In this document: one piece after another, positions 26,510 through 40,000 of the stretch | Layout: every line of letters starts with the position of its first letter | Position numbering within the stretch: the first letter of the stretch is position 1 | NCBI GenBank assembly: GCA_964016885.1 | Contig: OZ024749.1 | Coordinates: forward strand, 52,142,001-52,206,000 | Direction: 5' to 3' | From: Eledone cirrhosa | Taxonomy: Eukaryota | DNA length: 64,000 bases | The notes under the pieces: generated by a model | Told to the model about the DNA's origin: nothing | What the model saw: only the letters and a program-made list of their open reading frames with translations | Databases searched by the model: none | Translations under genes and position numbers: made by a program

Positions 26510-28729
26510 ATATGTGTATAGGGAAAAGCGGACGTAAAATTATGATGATGATATATATACATCTCCATTCACCTATCTATCTATCTATCTATCTCTCTCT
26601 AGTATAAGAATAAAGGAACAAAGAATCAGTGTTGCATCATAACATATATAATAACGTGTTTCACTGTTGGTCTGCTCGAGGATCTATTATTGATCGAACC
26701 TGACTCTGGAATCGAAGATCCTCAAATATGGCTCAATATGTAAGCTCATCTCTAATGTTGTGTGAAAATCCCCCAGTCCCTTGTTATATTTACCACATTC
26801 CATCAACGCTGTATTCTGAGGTCTCTGCTCATTGGTTTCTTACCTATCCTAAAATTGGTTTATTTACAAAACATCTATCCTTTGTCACATGCATTCATGT
26901 ATGCAAGACTGTCTGCCTGTCTTCCACAGCCACACTTGCGTTGGACAGGTCTTCATGGATTGAGCCAGTAATCAAGTGGGGCTACTGACCACACAGATGG
27001 GCATCAAGACTAAGGAAATTATGTCTTTGATATAGTAGAAGAGTCTTCCTGAACATTTCTTTGGTAGGAAGTAAGAATATTAAAATAATCACAGCTGTGC
27101 TCAGCAATCGCTTTTATTTAACTCAAAATTAAATGGTTAAAACAGAAATGTTTCATAAATAAATGCAAGAATTTATTTACGTAAAATGATGATGATGATG
27201 ATTATATATATATATATATAAATAAATAAATAAAAGTAATCTGAGTTTTTTAAATATTAATATTAATATTCGATTTGCATAATTGCAAACGAATCTAATA
27301 TTAATATTCAAAAAATTCAGATTACTTTTATTGTATTCAGCCATGTAGAGCAATAACTATTTGTTATATATATATATATATATAAACAAACAAATAGTTA
27401 TCACTCTACATGGCTGAATACTATATATGTATATATATATATATAAGGGTTAAAATACTGGAGCGTGTTGGAGTTAAACACCCTCTTCGTATTATAGAAA
27501 TGACAGTAAAAGGTATAGCTCAATGTAGTTAAACAGAGCCGAAAAATTATGTATATATATATATATATATATATACATACACACATATATATATATACAT
27601 ATATTGGAGCTCTTAAATGTACCAACAACTTTACATCATGTAGTGGGGGCATTTTATCGTACCACCTTACAATCAATAATACTTTCAAACTGTTTAATGT
27701 TGCTTATCCTTACTTCACCAATTTCATCATTAATTCACATGCTTCATTCTGATTCTGGTGTTCAATATTTTTAAATAGGATCAAATCACAATTAAAAATT
27801 TGACATCATCATCACAATCATCATTGATTTTACATCAGCTTTTCTATGGTGGTGTGAGTTGGGTGATACATTCCTGGCACTAACTCATTCTTGTCATCTC
27901 AGACTACAAATTCTAGTTCTCTTTCACCTACTTTTGAAATGGTGACAACATATGAACAAGGAATGGTCCTTTCTCAAAGAAAACAATAAAAAACACAATT
28001 GATGTCTCAACAGAACAAATAATTGAGAAGCAGCAGAACATAATTGATGGTACATATATATATATGATATAACTGGGGGCCCCTAACATTTAAACACTTG
28101 AGAAACCTCCTAAGAGCTAAAACCTTGTAGAAGGCCAGCTAAACATATAGGTGTGAGCTATAACGATATGGCTGGGGACTCCATCATTAAAATACTTCCT
28201 TTGTGATAATACAGTGCATGAGGCTGGGCAAGTCTATTCAAGTGTGAGCTATAACAACAACAATATATATAGTTTGTGGTGCTGAGGCCAAGGAGAGCAC
28301 TAATGTGAGTACTTAATACATGAGTGGGTAGAAAGATATGTAAAATCCCAACTGCAGCACCAAGTGGTTTCAGCTTGTGTGTATACATGGCGCCACGTTC
28401 AGGATTTTACTTTTCTCTCTCTTTCTATATATATATATAGAAAGAGAGAAGAGTTTACTCAGCTGTAGAAATGAGATGATAGGGACTGGGGTCCCTATCA
28501 TTCCACTGCAAAGTGGTCGTGGAGGTGCCACGGCAAAAAGCACCCAGCACTCACTATAAATGAGGTTGGTGTTAGGAAGGGCATCCAGCTGTAGAAATGA
28601 AGCCAGCATCAGTTCCCGTCCCACCCTTGCAAGCAGGGAAAAGTGGACGTAAAATCATGATGATGATATACACACACATACACTCTCCCATTGTATATCA
28701 ATGTATGAGGTTTCAATATTTTATGGTTA

Positions 28730-29430
28730 TACCTTAAATGGTGCTTTAGTCCACCTGATTTACGCATCAAGCCATATTTTGAGCGGAGCAAGGTAGCATA
28801 TTTTGATCGGATGTTAGATTTTAGATCACAAAGATGAACCAGACGAAATTTTTCAAAGGTTTTTATACTTCATGACAAGCAGTTCTCCATTTTCCACAAT
28901 CAGCAGTTAGGGCTTCAAAAGAAGTAAGACTTATATTCATAGATTTAAGATTGTATCTCAGTTTGTTTTTTAAATCTGAGTAATGGCCTGCCTATATGAC
29001 ATGCAACAATATGAAGTTGATTGACAGTACCTTGGATATGCAGTCCCCAGTCATCCGTAGGGCATAACCAGCCCATATGAGTTGGGATTGCATCAGAAAT
29101 GACACAATCCCACTGATGTTACACCTCCTGAAGCTATCGGCATTGGCGATTCTATCAGAAAGTGGTAGGTACTGAGAACAGAGCGAAGACATCAAGCTTA
29201 TGTGGGTGTGATAAATTGTCCATGACTCCAAGCCATATAAGAATGTTGTCAGTACCGTTGCAACTTTCATTTTCAAGGATATACCTCTGACACTCCATAG
29301 ACGATGATGTAGTTTGCCAAAGGCGTCAGTTACTTTAGAGATGCAATTGACGATCTCATTATCCAAGGATGCAAAGCAGTTCACCTTGCTGTTAAGTAAA
29401 GGAGTTCAAATACTTCAGGATCTTGCCATC
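28730..29430 (-). mobile_element. Degenerate LINE (RTE-like) 3' fragment
   Basis: SLDNEIVNCISKVTDAFGKLHHRLW...LYGLESWT...QLIWAGYALRM is a typical RTE C-terminal region, here with frameshifts. Confidence 0.8.
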
Positions 29431-31328
29431 GACATTATATATATATATTTATTAAACAACAGAAGGCTGGGCTGGAAAAATTTGTTTTAACATTTTTATT
29501 CCATGAAATTACAATATATATATATTTCAATGGTATATTCACACACACATATATATATATATACATTGTGTGAGAGTATTTATGTTAGTGTATTTATAAT
29601 TTAACTGTTACTAATCCATGATATCAAAATAAATCTGATTATAATTCTAGACAGCTACCAAGAGGGTATACAAGCTGTTTACTGAATAAAATAGAAATAA
29701 AAACAACAGTTAATTTTATATCTGTCCAGTTGTCATTGGTTGTGTGTGTGGGTCGGGAGATCAGAAAGTATCCCAGACCAAACATTTCTGTCTGGAAACA
29801 GAAAATATACTACCTTCAGAAAGTATCCCAGCTCAACTGTGTTAAGGGGACATGGGCCTTGATGCTTCTCAAGGTCTCCAAGACTGGGGACACGTAGGAA
29901 GGGAAATATGAGACCAGAGATCTATCTTGAATGCACCCAATGGCTATATGGTGTTGTTACACTTGGTGAACAAAGCCATGTTATAATTAAATCAACCTGA
30001 TGGAAGTGGTGAGAAGTGATCATCTCAGGTCACTGAAGCTCACAGAAGAGATGACAAAGGAATGCAACAAGTGGAGAGATGCTGTACAGAGAAGTTCCCA
30101 CCCAACCCATGCAATTATAGAACAAAAGAAATAAAATGATAATGATGGTGATATTTATTCATGTCATGTCATGATAATCTTGTGATGTGACAGTTATTTC
30201 AGTCTGACTAATGACTTTGGAAAAACTATAAAAACTAATTAAAAAAAAACAAATAAGGAGGTTCTTGGCTAGTCCAGCATCTTAGCCACGCTATCACAAG
30301 CAGCAATTCCGTGTCTTGACTTGCCAAAAATGTTCTTAATAGTAATTGAATATGAAACGATTCTCTTGTTTTTTTTTCTGGATAATTTTTTATTGATTTG
30401 TTTCTTTAGTAGATCATATTTATTTATTTAACCGATTTAAACGTCAGTATTGGGTTAGTAAGCCATGACAGGCTAGGAGAAGTATCTAATACCCTTTATA
30501 GTCAAGAAGCTAAAACAAGAGAGAAAAAAGAGAAAGGAAACGGGAGGCAAAAGAAGAATAAATAAAAAAAAAAGGTGAAAAACAAGGACAACTATGAAGC
30601 AACAAAAAGTTTCTGTTGAATTTTTTGTAGCCTCTGAGTATTGAAAGATCTCATTTATGATTGGTACCATTGATCTCAATAAAAGAAGTACCAGTCAAGT
30701 ACTGGGATCGATTCTTCCTCTATCTCTCTTTCCTTCTCTGGAAGAAATCTGCTGTGTTCAGGTCTGGAAGGAGATGGCGTCCGCCAGGTTTTAAAATGTC
30801 CTAGAAACGCTGTATGTCAGTACAGCACCCTTACGACTCACTTGGGAGTCACAGGACCTCAAATCTTCCCCCAGCTAATTGGATCAGAGCAACATGAAGT
30901 AAAGTATCTTGCTCAAGGACACAACGAACCACCGGGACTCGATCTCATGACCTTTACGAGCCTTAAGTGTTATAATGTAAGAAATAATTATTTCTAAAAT
31001 TGGCTCAAGGCCAGCAATTTGATGGAAGGGGAAAGTCGATTAAATGACTCCAGTGTGTTGCTGGTATTTTATTTTATCGGCCCCGAAAGGATGAAATGCA
31101 TCGCTAATCTCGGTAGGATTTGGACATCGAACGTAAATAACCGTAACAACAATGCCGCAAAGCATGTAGTCCGACGCTCTACCGACACTGCCATTCCACC
31201 GGTGTCCTTAAAATGTAAGAAATAAGGATAGAGACTTGACAGTAAATTGCGTCACAGTTAGATATGGTGTAGTTAGAGTTAAGTCCCTTTGTCATGTTGT
31301 CCACCATTTTACTCACCGTTTTCCTACG

Positions 31329-31390
31329 GTGACGTGTAGCAGCCATTTTATTCCTATCAATATTTCTCATCATTCTCACACCCGGAAATT
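31329..31390. promoter_or_regulatory. TM9SF2 proximal promoter motifs
   Basis: GTGACGT (CRE/ATF-like), GCCATTTT (YY1-type) and CCGGAAAT (ETS) lie 75-135 bp upstream of the ATG. Confidence 0.45.
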
Positions 31391-31463
31391 ATCACTTATA
31401 TTGTTATTATTATAGCTTATTTTTATATTTATCCTTGTCATTAATTAATTATTTCTCTCCAAA

Positions 31464-32479
31464 ATGACATTATTATTTATTTATTCGTTAATATTCCTTA
31501 CATGTGTCCCACCACTTCTCAGTTTTTACCTGCCTGGACTTGCTCCTGTTACTTATTGTGAGAAAGGTAAAACTACAGCAACATGTAAGGTGAGTATTTA
31601 AACTAAATATTAACTACTTTACACCTTGTTTTCCCTTTTTTCTTTCGCTTGACATTTATCTAATTCCTCCAAGTTATTTGTTATTCTACACAAATTGTCC
31701 GTCTTCTATTTATATTTACCCCTCACATCTTATTTGTATTAATATTAAAACTTAATTTAACTCAAGTTTCAAGTAACTTCTTTAACATTTTCATATCTAA
31801 ATTTTGTTTCAATAATTATGTTTTTCCCCCTAAATTATAATAATTGAACATCACGAATGTATAATGATCCTGTATCATTATTTAACTAAATTTAAAACAC
31901 AAGAGAGGCGGACACCATGCTTAGAAGCATAGAGTTACGTCTCTTTATGATCTGAGTTCGAATCCCGCCGAGGTTAACTTTGCCTTTCATCCTTACGGGG
32001 TCGATAAAATAAAGTATCAGTAATGTACTGGGTAATTGCTGGCCTTGTGACAAAAAGGGAAACAATTATTTAACTAAATTTAAAACACAGAATAATGTCT
32101 TGTAAAACCGTCGTTTTTCTTAAACATATCCAAAGGTAAACAATACTGAGATAGTTTCGCCTTTATCATCCTTTCACCATAAAAGCAATAAATAATATTC
32201 TTTCTACTTCCAACAAACATCATATAAAGTTGACTTCCACGATTGATATGAAATAGTTTACAATCGACACGGGATCTCTTTTGCCACACCCATCGTCATA
32301 TCAATGTTGTTCTGGATTTACCCTAGTTCCCATATTATTTATAAATCTTCACCCTTCATTCATTTTATTGCTATATTCCAGATAAAACTATATATATATA
32401 TATAGCGGCGATGAATTAGTTTTGCGAGGTTTTTTATATGAAATCGTGTGTCGAAACAGATATTGTTATACTTGGGGAG

Positions 32480-32529
<50 letters not shown>

Positions 32530-35500
32530 AACATACATATATAAAATACATTTCTTCATTTTACTGTGTCGTTTGCTTTTTATATATATAAATGTTATTG
32601 TAGCTAACAAATAAATATATTTTGTCACGATCTATCTATTATATAAATAAACCTCGTTAATAACCGATATAGCTAAGGTTTCTAACATCCAGTGGATTAT
32701 TCTCAACATTCGTTACTTCACTGCCACGAATTGGAGGGAACCTCCCTCACTACATTGAAAGTTTAGAAGAGTCGTGTGAGCGTCAGACAAAATGTTGTGT
32801 ACTGTTTAGCTACGACTGTTTCAAATTCTGCCGAGGTCTCAACTTTGCCTCCACCCCTTTGAGTGATCGATAAAATAAAGTACCAGTCAAGTACTGGTAA
32901 TGATATCATAAAAGTACCTGTTAAATACTAGGGGTCAATGAAATAAACTAACAGTCAAGTACTAAGATCGATAAAATAAAGTACACTATTGGCAACTTGT
33001 ATTATTTTTTTGTTTATTATTGATCATGAATTTTGTGAAGAACAGCGTCGTTGTTTATGTTTCTAACAAGTAAATCACTGTGGTTATATGTTTTGTTCAT
33101 GTATAGCATTCCTGTCTGCCACTCTCCTCCGTATAACTCCTCCTTCAACCTATATTTTAATTCTGTCACTTAGTATCTCTCTTGCCATCACAGTATTTTG
33201 TGGGACCAACACTCATTAGGTTTTATATAGATTGGACAGTCACATTCATGGTTGTGTGGGTAAAGAACTTCACCAAACACATCGTTCCTTAGGCAACAGT
33301 GGAACTTAGTAGATGTCAACTTTTGGGACACGGACTCGCATGTTAGGGCTTACACGTGCTTAAGTTTAGCCAACCCCCTGAGATGTGTTATTTAATTGAA
33401 GGCATTATTCAATATAAAAGTGTAACAATATATAATTAAAAAAACAAAAACAAAAATAACTTAGCAAAATTTGTTAATCTTTATAAATGTCTTACCCTAT
33501 TATCAGGAGAGAAAGTACTAAAGGTGAACCTATATAGAATGATTTAGACTCTAGTCTTGATCAGTCAATTTCCAGAATTACAAATTCCTTCACATAGGTA
33601 ATAGTTAACTGGGTCAATATTTGTAACTTAAAGTGAATGATTTTTACAATAGTTTTCCTCCTAGCAATGTCTCCAATTCACACATCCAAATAAGAAGTGA
33701 TAGTCTTGGCCTCCTCAGAGCAGTTGTTGGAAATTCATCAATTATTGGGGGTTCTACTTCTTTTGTGTTGGTAGTAAATGTCCAGCAGACTCTGTTAGAC
33801 AGCCACAAAAACATTAACTTTTTAGCATGTAAACTGGCTGTATCCAGCCAAAATTCTCTCACCTCTTTCTGTTTAAACCGGCCGAAACTGGCCGCTCATA
33901 CTGCCGTTAGGGTATTGTTCTCATAGATTCGACATTGTTAGATAAAGCCTTTACTCTGAAAATATAATAGTAAATATAGAGTAATGTAAATACTAAAGTG
34001 TTAAGGGCCCCGTGAAAAAGTGACAGGAATAATTTAGAAGTTGCCTTTTTTAATAAACAGGGATATGGTGTACTTATTCCCCAAACTGATATAAACAGTA
34101 TATTGATTCTTGTTGATACTACAGTTTGTTTGAAGTTAAATGTTAGGCTGTTCCAAAGACTAAGTAACCATCATGGGATTGGTTTGGTTGGTGATTTTAT
34201 GGTTTGCATTCTGCTCATATTTTATATTAGCCACTCCTGTTGGACATTCTCTCCCTACTCTTGACCGGGTCCTCTCAGTAATGACTCTCCTTTTTATCCA
34301 ACTTCCTTGTTAATACAATTATATGGAAGCTAGATAGACTTAGGAAGATAAGCACTTAGTTTCATTAAACTAAGTGGAAGGCCATTAATAAATGAAGAGG
34401 AAACTTTAACATTTACATTACTCTATATTTACTATTGTATTTTCAGGGTAAAGACTATGTCACATGATATTATGTCATTTGAGATTTTGATATTATTTAT
34501 TCTTAGAACAATACCTTAACATCAGTATGAGTGGCTTGCTATGGTCGGTTTGAACAGAAAGAGGTGAGAGAATTCTGGCCTGTTTAAATTGTAAAGGGTT
34601 AAATTAACATGTTAGGTTGTCACTGTTGTTTTGTTTTATTATTTTATGACAACTTTTCTATTTCCAGTCAGAAATACCTATATTTGTGAATAGACTGAAT
34701 TCTCCAGAAACAGTTGTACCCTATGAATACCACAGGTAACCCTCTAGTTCTTCTATTTTCTCTTTACTGATGTTTTTTTTTTATAGGATACAGGTGTTGG
34801 CATGACTGTGTGTAGTTAGGAAGTTTGCTTCACAACCATGTGGTTTGGGGTTTAGTTCTACCATGTGACATCTTGTGTGCGTGTTTGTCTTTGCATGTCT
34901 TCCCATTGATACCATATAAGCAAACAGTGATGTTTGTTTATGTCCAACACAATAGCTGTTTGAAGAAAACCAGCTGTGGTATATAGTACCATACTTGAAA
35001 ATAAAACATAAGCTGGCATCCAGTTGTAAAATACTGCCTCTGAAAACGTCTTGTCCAGCCCATGCTAACATGGAAAAGTGATGACTATGATATATATTCT
35101 TTGGATATTTTATTGGTGTCAGTCATTGGACTGCAGCCATGCTGGGCCAACACCTCTAACGTTAAGGGTTTTAGTTAATCACACTACTTAATAATTATTT
35201 CTGTCATGTAATTAATCTCTATTTATTGATCAGTTGAGTTATATATTTGACACACGCACACAATATGACATGAGCCAACACTAATAAAAACAAACACAAA
35301 CACTCCCAAATATTTATCTTATGATTAACTTCTGTTTAATCCTGGCCTTACATAGTCTTATCCAGCCCAGGAAAAAGGGTTGTAAACTATTAATAATAAT
35401 AATATTAATTGTTTCTACTTTTGGCTCAAGGCCAGCAATTACCTGAGTGGATTACTGGTACTTTATTTTATCGACTCCGATAAAAAGATGAAAGGCAAAG

Positions 35501-37051
35501 CTAACCTCGGAGGGGTTTGAACTTAGAACGTAAAGGGCCATAACTCTATGTCCGACACTACCAATAGTGCCAATCCACCGCCCTTAATGATGATAATTTT
35601 TGTTGACTACTCAAGATGGTAGGGTTTCTATAACTCGATAAACTCTTATCCTGTACCACATGAAACCACATTATTGAAAAGTAGAAAACAATGCTATGAC
35701 TACATCACATTAAAAATTGAATTCTGTAGTATACTACAAATTTTCACAATGATCTGTCCATTAGTAAAGATAGTATACACATATGAACTAACAAACCTAT
35801 TTTTATTTAAGTATTTTCTGTTAAATTATTACAAATATGTTAAGAGTTTCCAATCCTGTTGGCAATAAATATTAATGTTTGATTTTTCTTGGTGATAGCT
35901 TTGACTTCTGTGGGACTGATGAATCTCATTCTCCGGTGGAAAACCTTGGCCAGGTTGTATTTGGGGAGCGAATACGACCATCTCCATATGAGGTAAGCAT
36001 TTGTCATTTATTACATGTTTTATTTATTATATTTATCATTTAAGATATAAATTAGGAAAATCTAATTGCTATATCTTCAGTGTTAATCATCACAATTACA
36101 TTATATATATATATATATATAATTGTGTGTGTGTGTATATGTATGCATGCATATAGCTACATACACACACACCTATATATATATACATATATATAAGTAC
36201 GTAGCTATTTTCCTGCGTTTGGGATTTTCTACATTTCTAAACACACACCTGCCCACTCACATATATATTTATATGTGCTGCGCATGGAGGATGACCGCTG
36301 GGTAAAGAAGTGCCAAGAAATCCCAGTAGAAGGAAGACCATGAAAAACATGGGTGGAGGTGGTGAGAGCAGACCTCTGATCGCTGAAGCTCACGGAGGAG
36401 ATGACGAAGGACCGTGACAAGTGGAGAGATGCCATGCTTAATAAGACCCATCCCACCCTTGCAAGCAGGGAAAAGCAAAATAAAATGATCATGATGATAT
36501 GTGTGTGTGTATGTATGTATATATATATAAAGGAAAAAGCAATATATTTTGTGCTGGTGCTACACAAAAGCTCCCAGTACACATTGTAAGATGGTATGAA
36601 GGTCATGAAGCTGTAAAAAACCAAGTCCAAAGTGGAGCATGTGAGCAAGATATTGTCATCTGACCTCGATATCATGTAGCAACCTGTCTAACCCATGGAT
36701 GGATAGAAATTAGATGTTAAATTGTGATGATGATCACTTATATCATACAGCTGGCCTTCAGTTCACAGAGAGGCAGTAGCTTCCTGAACTATACATAACA
36801 TCTATTTTCCATGCTTGCATGGGTTAGATGGGTTGTCATGTTATGAAGCCAGACAGGTAAGGTGACTATATCTTGCTCATACAGACCTGTTTTTAGCTTG
36901 GTTTTCTATGGCTGAATGTTCTTCATAAGGCCAACCACATTACGAGTACTGGGAGCCTTTCTTGTGGCACCATCACTACCATTTTACAGGATGAACTGGG
37001 TATTTTTTGTTGTAGCACCAGTATGACCACCTTGTATATATATATATACAT

Positions 37052-37085
<34 letters not shown>

Positions 37086-40000
37086 CATCATCATCATCAT
37101 CGTTTAACGTCCATCTTCCACGCTTGCATGGTTTTGGACGGGAGTTTTCCCACTTGAAGCAAGATTGGTTGTCTTGCTCGTATAGGACTGTCTGGAGGGT
37201 TTTCTACGGCTGGATGCCCTTCCTAACACCAACCACGTTTACAGTGTGGACTGGGAGGTTTTTACCGTGTTACCTACACGGCCACATTACAGCGTGGACT
37301 GTGTGTTTTTTTTTGTCGTGACACCTACACGACCTCATTTGTTTCGGACTGGATGTTGTGGTACCAACATAACTTCACATTGAAGGGGGTGGTGTGGATG
37401 GAGTGGGGGTATATAACAAGACATTCTTAAAAAGTGCAAACCATCACTATGGTTTCACTCTAATACTATAAATTTTCAAAACAATTTGTCCACGAATAAA
37501 GGTGCTAGAAAGATTTGAACTAACAAACCTGTTCTGTTAAACATTTTCTACTAAATCATTAGAGAATGTTGAGAGTTAATAAATCCTAGATTTTAACATA
37601 TTTGTCAATGTTAACATGTTTGACCTTCAAATATAATATTAACCTACTGAGGCTTACATTTTCACATTTTCATCAGTGGTGGTGGCTGTGATGGTCTTAG
37701 TAGTAGTGGCTGTGATGGTGGTGGTGGTGATGGTGGCTGTAGTTATAATGATGGCAGTGATAAAGGTAGTGATTATGGTTGTGGTGTGGGTGGTGATAAA
37801 CTATTTAAGTATTTAATTTATTTGGGATGAGATTTCTAAAACAGGTTAGGGTTACTAATTTATATGTAATTGATCCAACAGATCCAGTTTTCTTTTCTTT
37901 TTTTTCTCCTTGTTCTAATAACAATACCAGGTGTTGCTGGTTTAACCTTTTTGATTTATATTACATTTTATTAACCATCAAACCTTTTTCCAATTGATTC
38001 ATTGTTTACTTATTCATTTTGTTGTTGTTGTGAATGAACCTTTTGTGTTTATTGTAGCTGTTGTTGTAGTTACTCTATATAGATTTTAAAAAGACGTTTT
38101 GTTATTTGAAAGCTGTTTCCTCTTTAAAGCAAGCTGTCTCCATATTTTTTTAATTTACAATTCTTCTTCTGAGGTGTTTATACTTTTGTTAGTAAAATAT
38201 ATATCGTGTGGCTGAGTGGGTAGGGAATAGGATTCACAATCTAAACCCATACTAGCATTTAAGATAGACGTTAAACGATGATGATGATGATGATGATGAT
38301 GAATCTAAACCCATGCTAGCTCTAAACCCATGCTAGCGTGGAAGATAGACGTTAAACGATGATGATGATGATGATGAATCGTGAGGTTGTGAGTTCAATT
38401 CCTGGACAGGTTGTTGCGTTATGTCCTTGAGCAAGACACTTTATTTCACGTTGCTCCTTATACCTGGAGTTACGATCGATAGATAGTATTAGCAATTGGA
38501 AAGACCAATAGAAACATTGTTTCCTCGGTCCAATTTGACGAAAGTCAATCGACCCCTCTATCTATATATATATATATATATATATATAGATATATCTGTA
38601 AATGTGGTTGGTGTTCGGAAGGGCATCCAGCTGTAAAAAAAACCTGCCAGAGACATTTCCGTGCGAGTGAGACAGTCTCCTGACCATTCCTGCACCAAAT
38701 GGAACAAAACCGTCTAACCCATGCTGGTGTGGAAGATGATGTTAAACGATGATGATGATATATATAAAATCATCATTGTTTGTATGGGCTAGACAGGTCA
38801 TCACATTGAGACATTTCAGGTCCATGTTACAGTGTGGATTTGGTGAATTTTATGTAAATGTTTTCAAGAAACATCTCAGCATCCTGCCAAGGTCCCAGAC
38901 AAACCTACATTACAGAAAGAAACTGAAATGAAGGTAGCAGTGTTGACCTCCCTCATTCACCAAAATATCTGGGTAGTCTACTGAGAAATCTAGGGAGAGG
39001 ATTAATGGTTTTATTTCCAAAATATATTGTAATTCTATAAACTACTAAAATTTATTATGTTCCTATTTCAGGTGACATTCTTATCAGATGTTACGTGTAA
39101 AAATGTTTGCTCCAAAATTTATAAAAAAAGTGACAGTGTTAAGAAAAGTAAACTTGACTTCATCCTCAAGGGCATCAGTCTGGAATATCGACATCACTGG
39201 TAAAATTTTAACTTGACTGTTTTTTAAGAATATATTTGTCTTTAAATATATATACCATTTATGTTCATCTCTGTTTTACTTACAACATTTACCATATATA
39301 CTCATGTATGTAACACATTTACAATAGACCTTATATTTGGAATCAAAGATTTGTAAGTCCAGTAAATAGGTCATGTATTAATTTTTCGTGTATTTTTACA
39401 GGAAAAAGATGCTGCTTATGCATGAGTGTCTGTGTGTATGTATATATATATATATATGTGTGTGTATGTATATATATATATATATGTGTATGTATATATG
39501 TATATATATATATATGTGTAGTGTTTGTACCAGAGTTTTCAAGTCGCTGGCTGGACTAAAAAGTCACACTCGTTCTGCGCATCGGTAGGGGTTCTCCTAC
39601 ATGGTTATAAAGTAGTGGCTGTACTCGAAAACGAGTTGGCAGCCACCATATATGAATGTATATATATATATGTTTATGTCAGGTCACCAGTTGGTGCTAC
39701 TGGTAACATGTATCCCAGTACAACCTGTCCTATGGTCGGGTCGTTGGCGACTAAACTGGCAACCCCATGAAGGTTTCTTGGTGAGGAGGGTGACTTTGGA
39801 CATCCTGCAGGACTAAAAACAAAACCTGTCAAAGGGCAAAGGAGCTCTTAAGAGTCAATGGCCATCCAAAATCACCGGGAGAGATGACCCCTTAGCCTTT
39901 GTCAAGGCAGAATTCTAGGAGAAGGAAAACTCTGATATAACACCTGCAACTCTGATGGTATCCAATGATGTTGACTTCTTCTTTTTGGTAAATATCATCT

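Noticed and set aside
26640-27060. Unique GC-richer block as a coding exon or snoRNA
   Set aside because: No recognisable protein motif, consistent splice pair or clear C/D or H/ACA box arrangement; only a partial GAAACACGT hammerhead-like half on the minus strand.
39516-39588. C2H2 zinc-finger gene exon
   Set aside because: It is duplicated ~630 bp away, ends in (TA)n and sits in a TM9SF2 intron, which fits a LINE 3' end better.
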